Shown: piece after piece, positions 53,818 through 64,000 of the stretch | Numbering within the stretch: position 1 is the stretch's first letter | How the letters are laid out: each line of letters starts with the position of its first letter | Source: Waddliaceae bacterium | Lineage (GTDB): Bacteria; Chlamydiota; Chlamydiia; Chlamydiales; SLFE01 | Length of the DNA stretch: 64,000 nucleotides | Assembly (NCBI GenBank): GCA_963771045.1 | Contig: CAVYRW010000004.1 | Coordinates: 1,184,001-1,248,000, forward strand | Reading direction: 5' to 3' | Position numbers and translations under genes: made by a program | Notes under the pieces: generated by a model | What the model saw: only the letters and a program-made list of their open reading frames with translations | What the model was told of the DNA's origin: nothing | The model's database searches: none

Positions 53818-56800
53818 ATGCGGATGCTTTTACTTTTCTGCTGCCTGAGTTGGATTTCGCTTTTTGCCGAAGATAATTGCGAAGATTTCACTCCGTCATC
53901 ACCTTTTGAAATTTCCGACTTGACATGCAGCAAAGAATTTCTTGTTGGGGGATTTGTCAATCCTTTAAGCGGGCAGATCTGCATCAATAAAACCGATCTG
54001 GTTGCCAAAGGCGCTCAAGATATTGTCATTAACAGAACATATATACCCCCTTTTCTCCCGACAAAGCAGCGCAAAAATCCGGGCCTCGATAAGGCGCTCA
54101 GACATCAGCATCTTTTTCGCTGCTATCGGGGATTTGAAACGCTTCCTCATCTTTCATTGAGATTGAAATCAAACGGAAGGATACAAGTTGCTTCCCAGAA
54201 TGGTTCGATTTTAGATTTTAAAATGACAAAAAGCGGCGATTATGTTTTAGACAATCCCCCTTATGGAATCAGCAATTATGCCGCCGGCAGGTCAGGCGGA
54301 CAGTTTGATGTCAGAAACATCAAGATCAACCGATCAGCAAATGAGATCACCATCCATTTTCCCGATGGCTTCAGGCGAATCTATAACAAACAGAATACCC
54401 ATTCCTATACCTTAGGCAAAGAAATTTTACCGAGCGGCAAGGTCATCAAATATCATTATCAACATGGCGCTATCAGCCTGATTGAGAGCTTGGATCCCAA
54501 AGAAAAGCACATCTATGCCTCAGTCGAAGTCAAAGGGTCGAAGGAGAAAGGAAAGCAGGAATTTTTCGCGTCAAGCGGTGCTTTTGCGGCACATTCATAC
54601 GAAACAAGAATGCTTCAATCTGAATGGAAGGAAAATGAAAGTCATTTTAAACAAGGACTCCTATCCAAACCCTATTTAACGGCAGCAGAAGGCTCATTTT
54701 TCGACAAAGAAGAGTTTTCATATAGCGACGATTTTTTTCTAACTGAGTGCAAGAGCTCCCACCTCCCATTTAAAAGTTTGAGCAAGATCACAAAAACCCC
54801 GGATAACCAGTATCACACTCGCGTGAAAAATCTTATTTTTGACACGTTCGATAACGCATCTTTCATGGGAGTGGAAAACATTGAGTATAGTCCCCCCTTG
54901 CCGGGAAGGCTGAACGGAGAAACCCTGGTCGCTTATCAAGACGGCTCTAAAATTGTTTATCGCTACACCGATCAACTGCTTCTCGAATCGGTAAAATCAT
55001 TTCAACCGGATGGCACCCTTAAGAAAACAAAACTCTTTCGCTGGGATGAAAACAATCGATTGTCAGGGGTTCAGTTATTTGAAGGCGGCGATGAGCTGCT
55101 CTATGAAAAAACCTATGAATACGATGATTTTGGCAATCCGATTTTTGAAACCATAGCTGGAAATGTTTCTTACAGCATAAGAAGGGAATTCTCTCAGGAT
55201 GGGATGAACCTGCTCCTCAAAGAGCAAGAGGAAAGCGGAAAAGAGACTGTTTATACCTATCTTCCCGAGACCAACCTTCCGACATCAAAACTTACCTCTG
55301 AAAATGGCAACATTTTACAAAAAGAGTATTGGGAGTATGACTACTGCCATAATTTGATTCGCAACATTATTGATGAGGGAAAATCCCCTGCGGCTGAAAG
55401 GCGTATTACCTCATATACCCTTCGCCAGGAAGCCCCCTATCTCCATATGCCGGAATGGATTGAAAAAAAATACCTCGAAAGAGAATGCGAAGAAATCCTG
55501 AAAAAAACTCATTTGATCTACGACCAATATGGCAATGTTTCGCAAGAGGATGTATATGATTCTGATGGAAATTTCCGGTATTCAATTTTCAAGGAATACG
55601 ACAAGCGGGGAAATTTAATTTCCGAAACCAACGCGCTAGGACAAACAGCCTGCTATGAGTATGATCAAAATGGAAACCTCCTTTCAGAAACCTCTTTATC
55701 AGGAAAACTCAAAAAGGAATACACCTACGATCTTAGAGGGCGGCGTTTAACTGAAACACACACCGGATCCAATGGCGAACTGAAAACTTTTCTTTACAAA
55801 TATGACAATAACGATCAGCTGATTCAAAAGACCGTCAATGATTCAAAGATCACTCGCTATACTCTTGATCCCGTTGTTTTAAAACCAACCACCATCCAAT
55901 ATCATTCGGACGTAAAAATTTGCAGACAATACGATGCTTTAGGACGCGTAACAGCCAAAACAGATCCTGAAGGGCATACAACATATATCTCCCGAAACCT
56001 CTACGGATCTCCACTGAAAATCGTTCATCCCGACGGAACAAAGGAGAAGTATTCATACTCAAAAGAAGGACATCTTTTAGAGTATATCGACCAAGAAGGC
56101 AACAAAACCGCCTATATCCGAGATATACTTGGCAGAGTTTTTAAAAAGACATTTTTTACCCAAGCAGGTGAAGAAATCGGCTCGGAATCTTTTGTCTACA
56201 ATTCCTTTCACCTCCTGAAAGAAACCGATTTAGAGGGGCATACCACCTCCTTTCACTACGACGGAGCCGGTAGAAAAATCAGAGAGGAAAGAGAAGGGAG
56301 GATTACTGAATACTCCTACGACTCTCTGGGAAGATTGGCAACTGTTAAGAAGCATACACTTCTTCACCACTACGAATACGACCTTCTCGATCGTGTAATT
56401 CGAGAGACAAAAACCGATTTAGATGGAAAAGTGCCTTACCAGGTCGGCTATGAATATGACGAAGACGGCAGCCGCTTAGCAGTCACCCGAAACCACGCCG
56501 CCGAAAAATTTTCATACGATGCTTTTGGCCGGATCGCAGCCCACAAAGATTATGAAGAGAGTACCATCGCTTATACCTATGATGATTGGTACGAAAATTC
56601 CTTTTTGAGAAAGACAGCTGTCGACCCCTCAGGCAAAACAACAGTTTCTGTTTATGATCCCTTTGAAAGGTTAACATCCGAGCAAATGTTTGATAAGCAT
56701 GGAACAACGCTTCACTTTAAAGAAATGGAATACGACCTTCGAGGCAACCTGATCAAAATCAGCGATGATGTTTATCAAAACGGCCATTATCAAAGAACGC

Positions 56801-58239
56801 AAACCCTGACTTATGCCTATGACTCAATGAATCGCCTCCAGTCGGAAACTCATGGCTTCGAAAGATCGATCCGCTATACCTATCATCCATCCGGCCGTTT
56901 AGCTTCAAAAACATTGCCAAACGGAAAAGTTCTCAACTATACCTATAATCCCTTAGGGTATTTAGAATCCGTCAATTCTTCCGACGGTTCAATCAATTTC
57001 CATTTCAGAACAAACAAACTTGGCGATATCATCGAAGCCGTCGATATCAATCAAGCTTACTCCATAACACGGGAACTCGATCCCTTCGGCAATATTTTAA
57101 GCGAGAAGACATCGGATGGCCTTGTCCTAGACAAGAAATACGACTGTTTCAACCGCCCTCTTGAGCTCGAATTTTCAGAAGGTTCTATAAAATATGAATA
57201 TGACCCCCTCTATCTTCGAAGCGTTTCAAGATTCAATAGCCAAAAAGAACAGCTTTATACACACACCTATGACCGCTATGATCAATCGGGCCGCCTGCTT
57301 GACGAATCGCTCATAGGCGAACTTGGCCAAGTGAATTTCCAATATAACAAAAACGGGCAAAAAACGGCCGCAGCTTGCGCCTATTTCGCTCAAACTTGTA
57401 CATACAACGAGATGAGAAACCTCATCGAATCAACAAGAGATCAAGCAACCCAATCTTATTCTTATGACGCCCTTTCTCAGCTAACTTCTGAAAATGACGA
57501 GGCATATGCTTATGATTCCCTCTTAAATCGAACCCAAAAAAATGGCGAGGCATTACAGTACAATCAGCTTAACGAACTCCTTTCCAAAGGAGAGCAAACA
57601 TACAAATACGATCAGTGCGGCAATCTGACTCATGACGGTAAAATGACCTACACCTATGATCTGCTCAATCGTTTGATCGAGGCAAAGGACTGCAGGCATA
57701 AAATCACCTATGCTTACGATCCATTTGATCGAAGAATATCCAAGAAAGTGTCTTTATACAGCGCACACGAAGAGCGCGCCCTGAGTCAAGAGATCTACTT
57801 CTATGACGGGCAAAATGAACTTGGCGCCTACACACCCGGCCATCAACTCAAGCAATTAAAAGTACCCGGAATACGGGCCTGCAAAGAATCCTGCCATCCC
57901 ATTGCTATCGAACTCCAAGACAAAGTCTTCGCCCCTATCCTTGATTGCCACGAAAATATTCAAAAGCTTGTGGATATTGAATCAAAACAAATTTCGCATG
58001 AATACGACTATTCAGCATTCGGAGATAACCTCAAAACCACCGAATCCCTGTACAATCCCTGGAGATACGCAGGAAAGCGACTGGATCCCGAAACAGGCCT
58101 GATCTACTTCGGCAAGCGCTTCTATAGCCCAGCCATTGGCCGCTGGCTGACAACCGATCCGGCCGGGACCCGCGATTCTACAAATCTCTACCAGTATCTT
58201 TTCAACAACCCCTTCCAATACTGTGATCCCGATGGGTAA
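53818..58239 (+). CDS. rhs: Rhs/YD-repeat protein, paralogue of 13765-18594, ending in TAA right after DPDG
   Basis: Collinear and highly similar to Rhs1, including the signal peptide and ~60 bp upstream. Confidence 0.92.
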   Translation: MRMLLLFCCLSWISLFAEDNCEDFTPSSPFEISDLTCSKEFLVGGFVNPLSGQICINKTDLVAKGAQDIVINRTYIPPFLPTKQRKNPGLDKALRHQHLFRCYRGFETLPHLSLRLKSNGRIQVASQNGSILDFKMTKSGDYVLDNPPYGISNYAAGRSGGQFDVRNIKINRSANEITIHFPDGFRRIYNKQNTHSYTLGKEILPSGKVIKYHYQHGAISLIESLDPKEKHIYASVEVKGSKEKGKQEFFASSGAFAAHSYETRMLQSEWKENESHFKQGLLSKPYLTAAEGSFFDKEEFSYSDDFFLTECKSSHLPFKSLSKITKTPDNQYHTRVKNLIFDTFDNASFMGVENIEYSPPLPGRLNGETLVAYQDGSKIVYRYTDQLLLESVKSFQPDGTLKKTKLFRWDENNRLSGVQLFEGGDELLYEKTYEYDDFGNPIFETIAGNVSYSIRREFSQDGMNLLLKEQEESGKETVYTYLPETNLPTSKLTSENGNILQKEYWEYDYCHNLIRNIIDEGKSPAAERRITSYTLRQEAPYLHMPEWIEKKYLERECEEILKKTHLIYDQYGNVSQEDVYDSDGNFRYSIFKEYDKRGNLISETNALGQTACYEYDQNGNLLSETSLSGKLKKEYTYDLRGRRLTETHTGSNGELKTFLYKYDNNDQLIQKTVNDSKITRYTLDPVVLKPTTIQYHSDVKICRQYDALGRVTAKTDPEGHTTYISRNLYGSPLKIVHPDGTKEKYSYSKEGHLLEYIDQEGNKTAYIRDILGRVFKKTFFTQAGEEIGSESFVYNSFHLLKETDLEGHTTSFHYDGAGRKIREEREGRITEYSYDSLGRLATVKKHTLLHHYEYDLLDRVIRETKTDLDGKVPYQVGYEYDEDGSRLAVTRNHAAEKFSYDAFGRIAAHKDYEESTIAYTYDDWYENSFLRKTAVDPSGKTTVSVYDPFERLTSEQMFDKHGTTLHFKEMEYDLRGNLIKISDDVYQNGHYQRTQTLTYAYDSMNRLQSETHGFERSIRYTYHPSGRLASKTLPNGKVLNYTYNPLGYLESVNSSDGSINFHFRTNKLGDIIEAVDINQAYSITRELDPFGNILSEKTSDGLVLDKKYDCFNRPLELEFSEGSIKYEYDPLYLRSVSRFNSQKEQLYTHTYDRYDQSGRLLDESLIGELGQVNFQYNKNGQKTAAACAYFAQTCTYNEMRNLIESTRDQATQSYSYDALSQLTSENDEAYAYDSLLNRTQKNGEALQYNQLNELLSKGEQTYKYDQCGNLTHDGKMTYTYDLLNRLIEAKDCRHKITYAYDPFDRRISKKVSLYSAHEERALSQEIYFYDGQNELGAYTPGHQLKQLKVPGIRACKESCHPIAIELQDKVFAPILDCHENIQKLVDIESKQISHEYDYSAFGDNLKTTESLYNPWRYAGKRLDPETGLIYFGKRFYSPAIGRWLTTDPAGTRDSTNLYQYLFNNPFQYCDPDG

Positions 58240-58656
58240 TGCGTCTTCCTGATTGCCATACCTATAGGCGAAATCATTTTAGGCACAGCAACAGCGCAAG
58301 CAATTATCGGAACGACTGTAGGCGCCGCTTGCGCATACTTTGCTTATGAGAATGCTCATTACGTAGAAGATTGGATGAATCAACACTATCGAGATAATCC
58401 AAGCCCTTATAGCTGGGACGATCTTGGATGGAATCCTGAATGCCCTAACCTTGATGGTTTTGAGTGGAAAGGTAGAGGCCCTCCATCGAGTGGTAAAGGG
58501 AGTTGGTTTAATGAAGAAACAGGAGAATCTTATCATCCCGATTTGGAACATGGTCCTCCAGATGGCCCTCATTGGGACTATTCACCGGATGATTCTCACG
58601 GAAAAAAACATAGAGGATATCGGATAAAACCGGATGGCAGTTGTGAACCTAAATAA
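58240..58656 (+). other. In-frame C-terminal toxin tip (GPHWDY family), uncoupled by the TAA
   Basis: CVFLIAIPIGEIILG...GFEWKGRGPPSSGKGSWFNEETGESYHPDLEHGPPDGPHWDY in the Rhs frame. Confidence 0.85.
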
Positions 58657-58673
58657 CTTGTAAAGTCGTATAT

Positions 58674-59300
58674 ATGAAGATGAAAAAGTACAACTTAAAT
58701 TACAATAAAGTTATCAATTATTTTCTCGATCATATTGATTGGGGAAACAGTTTATCAGCTTATTTTCTTAAAAAAATGAATTTTTCTAGTGGTAATTTTT
58801 TCACAATATTACCTGATAACGCCAAGTTTGAACAAATTGAAGATTTAAAAAATGGGGGGATACTACCACCTGCTGGACCTTGTTTGCCAATTGATAATGG
58901 AAGCGGAACGTACCAAGCCGTTCCGAATACAAAAGAAGCTTTGGTTGATTTTGTTAAAGATTTTCTTAATCAGAATTCTTTTAATTATTGTATTGGAGAA
59001 GATGTTCTTCGCGGGCCTACAGACAAAATTGTTAAGCAGTCCGCTGAAAAATTTCTCCTTTATAACAATGAGATCTATTATTTACTAGATATGCAGAATT
59101 CTATCGATGAAATAGAGGATGTTATTTGGAAGTCTAATGCCTTGTATCATATGTTTTTTGTATTAACTAATGGTTCTCATAATTATACAGGATTTTTGAG
59201 ATATGAAGATTTTGATTTAATCTATAGCAATGTCAATTATATTATTGGTAGCGCATATGATGGTGAGTCCTATATTATTTGGGAAAAAACCAAAGAATGA
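58674..59300 (+). CDS. Putative immunity protein 4
   Basis: GNFFTILP, GGILP, GSAYDGESYIIW. Confidence 0.8.
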   Translation: MKMKKYNLNYNKVINYFLDHIDWGNSLSAYFLKKMNFSSGNFFTILPDNAKFEQIEDLKNGGILPPAGPCLPIDNGSGTYQAVPNTKEALVDFVKDFLNQNSFNYCIGEDVLRGPTDKIVKQSAEKFLLYNNEIYYLLDMQNSIDEIEDVIWKSNALYHMFFVLTNGSHNYTGFLRYEDFDLIYSNVNYIIGSAYDGESYIIWEKTKE

Positions 59301-59483
59301 ATTTTTTTTCATTTGATTATATTTGAAATTGCCTTGGAAGAATGACGGCGAAAGAGGGTTGTTCGGGAATAAGCAGCTTACAACAATCTTCAAAGAGAAG
59401 GAGGCCGGTCCCCTCATCTGGCCTTGCCCCGTTGTTAGGTCCAACATTAATTAGAGGTTCCGGTTAGTTTTGGCGCTTTCTCG

Positions 59484-60007
59484 CCAGTATCTTTTCAACA
59501 ACCCCTTCCAATACTGTGATCCCGATGGGCAATGCGTTTTCCTGATTGCTATACCGATAGGCGAAATCATTTTGGGCACAGCAACAGCGTGAAGCGATCA
59601 TTGGCGCTGTTGCTGCTGCGATTACAACTTATGCTGTTTATGAGGGAACTAATTATGTTGAAAATTGGGTGAATCAAAGCTGGGACGCAGCCTACGATGA
59701 TATATTTATGCAGGTTTGGAAAGACAATGTTAATGAAGATCTTGAAAAACGACGACGAGAAAAGGAAAGGGACTCCCGTTATAAAGATTTAAATGAGAAT
59801 CCTGAAAGCTATCCTGATGGATTTGAATGGAAGGGTAATGGGCCACCAGGTAGTGGCCGTGGTAATTGGCATAATCCTAATACAGGTGAAAGGTTGCATT
59901 GGGATTATAATCACGCTCCGCCGATTGGACCTCATTGAGATTATTTTGGTCCCGAAGGTAAGGCTAGAATTGACCCTAACGGAAATTGGGATTGGAGACC
60001 AAGTTAA
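59484..60007 (+). pseudogene. Orphan Rhs core-end plus toxin module
   Basis: Repeats QYLFNNPFQYCDPDGQ; extra T at 59590; GFEWKG...GPH*DY with TGA at 59936-59938. Confidence 0.82.
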
Positions 60008-60009
60008 CT

Positions 60010-60642
60010 ATGAAAATTATAAAACATAGGTTGGATTTTAATAAGACTTATCCTTTTTTCATCGATCATATCAAATGTGATAAAACGCTATCTCAGGAAG
60101 TTGTAAAGAGGATTGATTTTAAACAAGGTGACTTTTTTACAATTTTACCAAAGAATGCCGTGATAAGTCGACTCTATAAATTTTCTGAAGGTGGTATTAT
60201 CCCGCTTTTGGTTCTTGAAGGAGAAACGCGTTTCAACTTAAGTGGTGTTGCTTTTACTCCTAGAGAAATTAGGTCAACAGATGATGATCTCGTAGGTTTT
60301 ACTATAAAATATTTGAAAACAAATTCTAAAAGATTTCTTTTTGTTGATAGTTATAATGAAAGTCCTAATGATTCTCATATGGGTATAGAAAATACAAAAC
60401 CGCTCTTTTATAAAAGTGAAGTGCATTATGTTTTGGATCAGGACAATTCCGCGAATGAAATTAAAAACGCAATTTATAAATCAGACGTTATTTGGCACTC
60501 TCTTATTTTATTAGTAGAGAAGTTTGATGAATTTCCTAGTTATTTTGATGATGATATATTTTCTCAAATATGCTCAAAAATCAAATATGTAATTTTAGGT
60601 GCATACGATGGTGAATCCTACATTATTTGGCAAAAACGATGA
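60010..60642 (+). CDS. Putative immunity protein 5
   Basis: GDFFTILP, GGIIP, GAYDGESYIIW; most like immunity 3. Confidence 0.8.
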   Translation: MKIIKHRLDFNKTYPFFIDHIKCDKTLSQEVVKRIDFKQGDFFTILPKNAVISRLYKFSEGGIIPLLVLEGETRFNLSGVAFTPREIRSTDDDLVGFTIKYLKTNSKRFLFVDSYNESPNDSHMGIENTKPLFYKSEVHYVLDQDNSANEIKNAIYKSDVIWHSLILLVEKFDEFPSYFDDDIFSQICSKIKYVILGAYDGESYIIWQKR

Positions 60643-60741
60643 AAAGCTCGTTCTCAATATGGAGAAATTCTTTCATGAATAAAATAACCTTGATAAAAGT
60701 AAGTTAGATTCAACTTTCACCACTGAAGAAATTGTGCAAAT

Positions 60742-60850
60742 TTGAAGATTATTGGAGTCAAATATGACTTTGATAAATACTATTTAACCTTTGAAAAGAC
60801 ATTCGATGATTTTGATAATCATATAAAATGTGGAAATATGCTTTCAGCAG
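60742..60850 (+). pseudogene. N-terminal fragment of a sixth immunity paralogue
   Basis: YLTFEKTFDDFDNHIKCGNMLS aligns with LDFNKTYPFFIDHIKCDKTLS; cut off just before a transposase. Confidence 0.55.
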
Positions 60851-61338
60851 CAATTCCCGTCGACGATTTTTCTCGTGTAAGTAAAATTTTTCTTTCGTAA
60901 ACTTTGGACCTTAACTTTTACTAGAGAAGGTCCTTTGTATGAATATTTCCGTAAGAAAATCTCTGATGCGCCGATGCTTTGATTTCGACAATCTACCACC
61001 AGTTCCGAAAGATCTCAGATCCACGAGAACTTCCCAGTACAGCCCCTATCTCGTTCACAGATGTGTTGATGTCGGGTCTTGCTGTCTTCGGTCTAAAATT
61101 CCCCTCCTTGCTTCAATACGATCAAAATCGCAAAACTCTTGATGACAATTTACGAAATCTTTATCACATAAATCCCCCCCCTTCAGATACATACCTTAGA
61201 GAACGCTTAGATGAACTCGATCCAATGTTTGTGCACCCCGCATTTTGCAAGATTTTCGCTAAGCTTCACAGAGGAAAGTGCCTGGAAGAATTCAAGTTCC
61301 TAGAGGGACGCTATCTTTTGTCCCTTGATGGGTAAGCG

Positions 61339-62892
61339 TCATTTAAGCCCATCTGGAAAAATTATTCCAGATTCTTTAGAGATCGAGAGCCCCTTTGCCT
61401 TAGCCCAGCGGTCGGGGAGAAGTTCGTACAGCTTGTTTGCGGGGTGATCCATTAAACTGCGCATGACATCTTCAAGATATTCGTGGGGATTAATGCCAAG
61501 TTCACGGCATGTTTGAATAAGGGAGTATATGATTCCTGCTGCTTCCCCTCCATTAGCGCTTCCAAAAAAGAGCCAGTTTTTACGACCGATTGCCAAGGGA
61601 CGTATTGCTCGTTCGGCAACATTGTTATCAAGATGGGCAAAAGGATTTTTAATATAGTTTTTAAGATGAGGAATAAGGCCGCAAAAATACTTCAACGCTG
61701 CCATTAGTTTTGATTTTGGGAGAATTTTATGGTCTTGAAGCTTTTTTTTCGCCTGTTTGATCATTTCGCTGATGATTGGCTCCTCATCTTCCCGCCGTAT
61801 TTTTAATCGTTCTTCGGGGGATTTTCCCCAAGCGATTTTTTCATACTTGTAAAGCTCCTGAATTTGGGCTAAAAACCAATCTTTAAACTCTTTATCGCCG
61901 CTTTGGATATCGAAAAATTTACGACGAATGTGCGCCATGCAGGGGCACCAGGTATACTGCTTCATATTTGCCAGCGTTTCATAAGCTCCATATTTATCGG
62001 AATGAAGAGTCCCCTTGAAACCTTTTAAAAGTTCTTTCGCGTTGCAATGCTTGCGGTTTTCGAAAAATTGATAAATCCGATAAGGCGGATCTTTTGTTTT
62101 TCCTCCAGCGAGCGCCCATACATAAGACTCTTTAGTTTTTCCTCTTCCGGGATCCAGCATCTTGACAGGAGTTTCATCCGCAAAAGCATTTTCACTTTCA
62201 AGAATTTTTGTTTTCATTAATGTATACAAGGGTTTTAAGGCGAGACCCGCTTTTACAACCCATGTGCAAAGGTTTTGCCGGCTTATCCTAACATCTTCCC
62301 TTGCGCGCATTTCACTTTGACGGTATAGAGGCAAGTGGTCGGCGTATTTCTTAACCATAATGTCTGCAAGCAGGCTTTCATCCGCAAAACAACGATCTAA
62401 TAATGCACCCGGAAGCGGCGCTATTGAAACTCCATGCTCAGGACGATCCGGAGAAACGTACTTGGGACGAACATACTTTTTAAGGTAATAGCTGGTGGGC
62501 TTGCAAGCAAGCTTATAGGTTACCTCTTCCCCCATTTTTACGAGAGGTTTTCCTGTTTCAGGGCATACTTTCTCCTCTTCGGGAATGTCGACAGGAATAA
62601 CTTCCGTTGGGATATCTTCGGGTAGAGTGATTTTGTCTTTTCCGTTTCTTTTCAGCTTTCGTCTTGTATGGGAAGAAACCGTTTTTTTCTCTTCTTTTTC
62701 TTCTCCTTGAAGATTACCGAAGCCATCGAATTCCAGTTGATTTTCATTCTGGGGGATGATCTTTTCAGAGCGTTTGCCAAATATCTGGCGCTTGAACCAT
62801 TCCAGTTGTTCTTTGAAGTAATTGATCTCATTTTTGAGTTCTGAATTTTCTTTCTGAAGCTGTTCTATAGAAGGGTTTTGTATCGCTTTCAT
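61339..62892 (-). CDS. IS66 transposase TnpC
   Basis: KYADHLPLYRQ, FADETP, LHSDKY, CMAHIRRKF, DNNVAERAIR, GRKNWLF. Confidence 0.93.
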   Translation of the reverse strand: MKAIQNPSIEQLQKENSELKNEINYFKEQLEWFKRQIFGKRSEKIIPQNENQLEFDGFGNLQGEEKEEKKTVSSHTRRKLKRNGKDKITLPEDIPTEVIPVDIPEEEKVCPETGKPLVKMGEEVTYKLACKPTSYYLKKYVRPKYVSPDRPEHGVSIAPLPGALLDRCFADESLLADIMVKKYADHLPLYRQSEMRAREDVRISRQNLCTWVVKAGLALKPLYTLMKTKILESENAFADETPVKMLDPGRGKTKESYVWALAGGKTKDPPYRIYQFFENRKHCNAKELLKGFKGTLHSDKYGAYETLANMKQYTWCPCMAHIRRKFFDIQSGDKEFKDWFLAQIQELYKYEKIAWGKSPEERLKIRREDEEPIISEMIKQAKKKLQDHKILPKSKLMAALKYFCGLIPHLKNYIKNPFAHLDNNVAERAIRPLAIGRKNWLFFGSANGGEAAGIIYSLIQTCRELGINPHEYLEDVMRSLMDHPANKLYELLPDRWAKAKGLSISKESGIIFPDGLK

Positions 62893-62936
62893 AGTCCATA
62901 TTTTACCAAAAAACACTCTCTAAAAAAAGGAAATAT

Positions 62937-63272
62937 TTAAGTTTTTTCGAGAAAAAATCGGGTGCTGATCCGCTTGGGAATAATGCCTTCAAGCATCATG
63001 AAAAAATCCCTCCTGTTCATGGCAATTTTTCCGGAAGCTTTAAGAGGAAAGCGTCCTTTTTCAAGACGCTTATACCAGATCGCAAGACCGTCATTATCCC
63101 AGTAGAGCACTTTCATTTTATTGCGCTGGCGATTGAGAAAAACAAAGAAAGCACCTGATGTCGGCTCTTCCAAGGATTGCTCTACGATAGCGCATAAACC
63201 CTCGAAACTCTTTCTCATGTTAACCGGCTCGCCGAAGACAAAAATACGAGCATTTCCTGTGATTGTCAGCAT
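62937..63272 (-). CDS. IS66 accessory protein TnpB
   Basis: PVNMRKSFEGL, KVLYWDNDGLAIWYKRLEKGRF. Confidence 0.92.
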   Translation of the reverse strand: MLTITGNARIFVFGEPVNMRKSFEGLCAIVEQSLEEPTSGAFFVFLNRQRNKMKVLYWDNDGLAIWYKRLEKGRFPLKASGKIAMNRRDFFMMLEGIIPKRISTRFFLEKT

Positions 63273-63583
63273 AGGTTTCCTAAAAGTTCCAGGCATCGAG
63301 CAAGCGTAGATTGGTCAAAGTTAGTTGAAAGATGGATGCGGCCTGCAGCCGTTTCGATAATGATTCCGGCATCGGGTCGACTCTCATCCTTTAATTCCAA
63401 GAATCCTTTCGGAGATGAATGTTTCTCGCTTTGAGATCCCAAGAACCGCACCTTCCAATAAACGGTGCGAGAATAGACGAAATTATTTTCTCTGCTCCAC
63501 TGAGCTAAAGACTTACCGCTAGCCTGCCAATCTTGGATTCTATCTTTCCAAACCAAAGCTGTATCCGATAGTTCATTGTGCAT
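63266..63583 (-). CDS. IS66 accessory protein TnpA
   Basis: WKDRIQDWQASGKSLAQWSREN. Confidence 0.85.
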   Translation of the reverse strand: MHNELSDTALVWKDRIQDWQASGKSLAQWSRENNFVYSRTVYWKVRFLGSQSEKHSSPKGFLELKDESRPDAGIIIETAAGRIHLSTNFDQSTLARCLELLGNLC

Positions 63584-63847
63584 ATCTTTCCTCCCCTTCT
63601 TTATCGAGTTTTGAGGAAAGAATAACCGGAAAGAAAATCAGAAAGAAGATGGGTTTAATTGACGCTTACCTTGATGGAACTGGTGAATTCTCTTTCAGCA
63701 AGGTGCGCTGTCAGCAGTGTTGCAAAAAAGAACGCAAGGATGGCTCTATAACGTATTACCACCAGATGCTAGGCGCATGTATCGTCCATCTGAGGTGGAC
63801 CATCTGCATCGGCCTTCAACAAAATTTGTGCCCTACGTACCCGTTGT

Positions 63848-63929
63848 GATGTTCCCTTGAGTTTTTTTTATTACCTCTTCGAGCCGACTTCTCTCATCTT
63901 GTGAAAGGCGCACAATATATTTTTTTCAT
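63848..63929 (-). pseudogene. IS630-like transposase N-terminal remnant
   Basis: MKK(Y)IVRLSQDERSRLEEVIKK with shifts at A-runs. Confidence 0.5.
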
Positions 63930-64000
63930 GATAGCCACCATGTATGTCTTTAAATAGACATGGAAGGTAGCAAAATTTTTAATATATATAATCCTAAATT

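Larger units (their letters stand above)
61332..63669 (-). mobile_element. IS66-family element, complete
   Basis: IRs GTAAGCGTCA.TTAA.CCCATC; 8-bp target duplication CTTGATGG at 61324-61331 and 63670-63677; three ORFs. Confidence 0.95.
60939..63791 (+). pseudogene. DDE transposase (IS4/ISNCY-like) pseudogene split by IS66
   Basis: DVLMSGLAVFGLKFPSLLQY...YLLSLDG rejoins TGEFSFSKVRCQQCC...YYHQMLGACIVH once IS66 is removed. Confidence 0.75.

Noticed and set aside
1..64000. CRISPR array or cas genes
   Set aside because: No regularly spaced short direct repeats seen; the repeats are IS copies and Rhs modules

Overview
Bacterial chromosomal DNA, most likely from an environmental member of the phylum Chlamydiae. 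This rests on the yidC-dnaA-lgt neighbourhood, an F-type tra remnant, a T3SS-translocator-like operon and eukaryote-like F-box/LRR/kinase domains. A housekeeping core (~24.9-45.3 kb: queA, SpoIID-like, ruvB, Na+ transporter, translocator-like operon, mgtE, TPR protein, threonine dehydratase, yidC, dnaA, tRNA-Pro, lgt, ferredoxin, IscA-like) is flanked by two IS-rich plasticity zones. The main system is a pair of paralogous Rhs polymorphic-toxin loci (13.7-21.0 kb and 53.8-60.9 kb). Each has a signal-peptide-bearing Rhs, a tip from one GPHWDY toxin family (Ntox37-like by recall), orphan toxin modules and three members of an immunity-like family I do not recognise. The second Rhs has a TAA exactly after its DPDG cleavage motif. 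Also present: a non-autonomous IS605-type element that seems to keep an omegaRNA, and an IS200/IS605 element whose compact TnpB lacks an obvious RuvC-II Glu, is interrupted by IS256, and splits an F-box-LRR-kinase gene. Further elements are ISCR/IS91-like copies with two shared +1 frameshifts, an ISL3-bounded cargo element, IS3, IS66, a long palindrome and a ~1,480-aa putative Cys-His-Asp enzyme. Frameshifts at homopolymer runs in dnaA, yidC and queA suggest assembly indel errors, so pseudogene calls need caution. Family assignments are from motif recognition only; no searches were run.
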